Positions 61,368 through 64,000 of a stretch of DNA of 64,000 nt are shown piece after piece. The notes under the pieces were generated by a model, which saw only the letters and a list, made by a program, of their open reading frames with translations, was not told where the DNA came from and did not search any database. The stretch spans positions 256,001 through 320,000 of the forward strand of contig CAZNTG010000006.1 in NCBI GenBank assembly GCA_964575955.1. The letters run 5' to 3'. Every line of letters begins with the position of its first letter. Positions within the stretch are counted from its first letter, which is position 1. A program made the translations under genes and the position numbers. This DNA comes from an uncultured Thermoproteaceae archaeon. GTDB lineage: Archaea; Thermoproteota; Thermoprotei; Thermoproteales; Thermocladiaceae.

Positions 61368-62093
61368 ATGTTCTCACCCGTAGCCTATGGCTATGATAGA
61401 GCTATAACAATATTTAGTCCAGAGGGAGAACTCTACCAAGTACGTTATGCAGGTGAGGCTGTTAAGAAGGGTTGGTCTACCATTGGCATTAAGTGTAGGG
61501 AAGGTGTTGTACTAGCTGCTGAGAAGAGGAGAATTAGCCCATTGATAGATCTTGAAAGTATTGAGAAGATATACATGATTGATGAACATGTTGCTGTAGC
61601 ACCTTCAGGTCTTCTAGCAGATGCTAGAGTATTGATAGAATATGCTAGATATGAAGCACAGATACATAGATTACTATATGATGAGCCTATAGATGTAGAA
61701 TTACTAACTAGAAGGATAAGTGATCTAAAACAAGCATATACTCAACATGGTGGTGTAAGACCATTTGGAGCAGCACTAATTGTTGGAGGTGTAGATAGAC
61801 ATGGACCAAGACTATTTCAAACAGATCCTGGAGGAATATATTTTGGATATTATGCAACAGCTGTAGGGTCTGGAGCATCTACAATACTTGACTTTCTAGA
61901 GAAGAACTATAAGTATGATATGACTATTGAAGAATGTATTAAACTTGCAGTATTAGCATTGAGTAAGGTTATTGAGAGTGTAGAACCTGATAAGATGGAG
62001 ATTGGTGTAATAACTGTTAAAGATAAGAAGTTTAGAAAGTTGACACGTGAAGAGATTAGTAAAGTTCTTGAAGAAGTTAAGTCACAATCCTAG
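61368..62093 (+). CDS. psmA: Proteasome alpha subunit
   Basis: YDRAITIFSPEGELYQVRYA, GGVRPFG. Confidence 0.97.
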   Translation: MFSPVAYGYDRAITIFSPEGELYQVRYAGEAVKKGWSTIGIKCREGVVLAAEKRRISPLIDLESIEKIYMIDEHVAVAPSGLLADARVLIEYARYEAQIHRLLYDEPIDVELLTRRISDLKQAYTQHGGVRPFGAALIVGGVDRHGPRLFQTDPGGIYFGYYATAVGSGASTILDFLEKNYKYDMTIEECIKLAVLALSKVIESVEPDKMEIGVITVKDKKFRKLTREEISKVLEEVKSQS

Positions 62094-62143
62094 ACTAGGA
62101 AAAGGATAAAATCTATCATTAAACTTAACTAACAGATCTTGAA

Positions 62144-62842
62144 ATGACTAAGAAGGTAGCTATAGCTAAGTATGATGCAAAAGGTGAACATTTTGAAATA
62201 CTTGTAGATCCAGATCTAGCACTTGAATTTAGACTTGGAAAATCTATAAGTATAGACAAGATATTGATATCAGACACAGTTTATAGAGACGCTAAGAAGG
62301 GTTTGAGAGCTAGTGAAAGTTCATTAATGAAAGTATTTGGAACAACAGATATCAAGAAAATTGCTGAGAAAATACTTAGAGAAGGTGAACTACCACTAAC
62401 GGCCGATCAGAGAAGAAGACTTATTGAGCAGAAGAAACGTCAAATAATTGAGTGGATATGTAGAAACTGTATTGATGTTAGAACTAGAACACCTGTACCA
62501 CCACAGAGAGTTGAAAATGCTCTAGAACAGGTTGGTGTTGGTATAGACCCATTTAAACCCGTTGAAGAACAGATAAATAACATATTGAAACAACTACAGA
62601 AAGTTATTCCAATAAAGATAGCTATCGCAGAGGTCGAAGTTAGAATACCACCACAATTCTCACATAAAGCTAGAAATGTCCTAGCTAAGATGGGTAAAGT
62701 AACATCAGAAAAATATGAGAGTGATGGAACATTAATACTAAGACTTGAAATACCTGCAGGACTACAAGATGGATTAATATCAAAAGTAAACGAATTAACA
62801 CATGGTGAAGGTGAAGTTAAGATACTTGGAGTAACAACATAG
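62144..62842 (+). CDS. Ribosome maturation factor SBDS
   Basis: FEILVDP, DAKKG, FGTTD, PVPPQR, IPAG. Confidence 0.95.
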   Translation: MTKKVAIAKYDAKGEHFEILVDPDLALEFRLGKSISIDKILISDTVYRDAKKGLRASESSLMKVFGTTDIKKIAEKILREGELPLTADQRRRLIEQKKRQIIEWICRNCIDVRTRTPVPPQRVENALEQVGVGIDPFKPVEEQINNILKQLQKVIPIKIAIAEVEVRIPPQFSHKARNVLAKMGKVTSEKYESDGTLILRLEIPAGLQDGLISKVNELTHGEGEVKILGVTT

Positions 62843-62847
62843 TCAAC

Positions 62848-63552
62848 ATGACTCTATACGTAACAAATAGACAAATAGTACTTCCAGGAGATCCAATAGC
62901 AACAAGAGAATACTCAGTTACAGGAGCTGTATATTGGGAAGGTAATTGTGCATATGCATCAACTATAGCATTAGTAGACATAAAAAATGAGAGAGAGATA
63001 AATGTCATACCTCTAAGTGGAACATACAAACCTAGAATTGGAGATATAGTTATTGGATATGTTACAGATATAATGATAACAGGATGGGAAGTTGACATTA
63101 AGTCTCCATATAGAGCATACTTACCAGTACAGGAAGCAACATTGAAATATGTAGATATAACATCTACAGACTTGAGAACATTACTAGATATTAATGATGT
63201 AATACTTGCAAGAATAATAGACTTCAACCTCTCATATGAGATCCCTGTAACATTAACAATAAAAGAAGCAAAACTTGGAAAAATAACCACAGGAACGATA
63301 GTAGAAATACAACCTGTAAAAGTTCCAAGAGTAATAGGTAAGAAAGGATCCATGGTATCACTATTTAAGGAAGAATTAAACTGTGATGTTATAGTCGGTC
63401 AAAATGGTAGAATATGGATTAAATGTCAAGATCCTAGAGATGAAACATTTCTAACACAGATAATAAAATTAATTGAAAGTGAGAGTCACCTACCTGGATT
63501 AACTGAGAAAGTTAGAAGCTTAATTAAGAGGTATAAACTTTCAAAAACATGA
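62848..63552 (+). CDS. rrp4: Exosome complex RNA-binding protein Rrp4
   Basis: VLPGD, YKPRIGDIVIG, KVPRVIGKKGSM, GQNGRIW. Confidence 0.95.
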   Translation: MTLYVTNRQIVLPGDPIATREYSVTGAVYWEGNCAYASTIALVDIKNEREINVIPLSGTYKPRIGDIVIGYVTDIMITGWEVDIKSPYRAYLPVQEATLKYVDITSTDLRTLLDINDVILARIIDFNLSYEIPVTLTIKEAKLGKITTGTIVEIQPVKVPRVIGKKGSMVSLFKEELNCDVIVGQNGRIWIKCQDPRDETFLTQIIKLIESESHLPGLTEKVRSLIKRYKLSKT

Positions 63553-64000
63553 TATTCAATATAAAATCAATAATATTAGATATTGATGGAACATTAACAG
63601 AAGATAGAAATACAGAGAGATTAAGTCTTGAAGCTATAAAAACTATAAGAGAAGTTTTAGATAGTAGAAGAGATATAGAAATTGGATTAGCAACAGGTAA
63701 CAGCCATATTGTAGCTTTCTCACTAGCTAGATATATAGGTCTAGATTTCAATAGATGTCCAATAATATCCGAGAATGGTTGTCTACTTTGGTATAGAGGA
63801 AATCTATACGACCTATGTGTAGAATATGAAGAAGAGATTAATAGAAGTAGAGAAGCAATTAAAGAAATATTAGGAAAAATTGTCAGAGAAAGTTATCAAA
63901 ATGAATATAGAAGAAGAGATTTTGCATACTATCCAATGCCTGGAGTAGATCCTGAGTATGCAGTTTCAATGATTAGAAAATGTTTAGAAAAGTATAATAT
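63549..64000 (+). CDS. HAD phosphoglycolate phosphatase-like protein (truncated by window end)
   Basis: Manual translation from ATG 63549: MIFNIKSIILDIDGTLTE...LATGN...ISENG. Confidence 0.85.
   Translation, partial: MIFNIKSIILDIDGTLTEDRNTERLSLEAIKTIREVLDSRRDIEIGLATGNSHIVAFSLARYIGLDFNRCPIISENGCLLWYRGNLYDLCVEYEEEINRSREAIKEILGKIVRESYQNEYRRRDFAYYPMPGVDPEYAVSMIRKCLEKYN

Overview
A 64-kb, AT-rich (visually about 30% GC) window from a thermophilic archaeon, most likely Thermoproteota/Thermoproteales-like. This is inferred from scattered r-protein genes, rpoH apart from rpoB, near-leaderless genes with TATA boxes about 25 nt upstream, very GC-rich CCA-encoding tRNAs and several C/D-box sRNAs. The left end holds a dissimilatory sulfite reductase locus: partial dsrM, dsrC, dsrA, dsrB, a wHTH protein and a dsrN-like amidase. 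In it, dsrA and dsrB point in opposite directions from a perfectly mirrored 18-bp double-TATA promoter. The rest is mainly housekeeping (r-proteins, EF-2, aIF2beta, purine, pyrimidine, riboflavin and cobalamin genes, fibrillarin, Trm1, proteasome, SBDS, Rrp4), interrupted by small accessory insertions. The most notable other items are: a free-standing multi-module LAGLIDADG-like gene just downstream of an rps11 whose last 12 codons look foreign; a secreted HEXXH peptidase with a dockerin-like C-terminus; a stand-alone MtrA-like corrinoid protein; an unannotated GC-rich K-turn-like ncRNA; at least six C/D-box sRNAs; and a strand-specific A/C-rich versus G/T-rich skew that flips around the accessory loci. 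All calls come from reading the sequence by eye; no searches were run.
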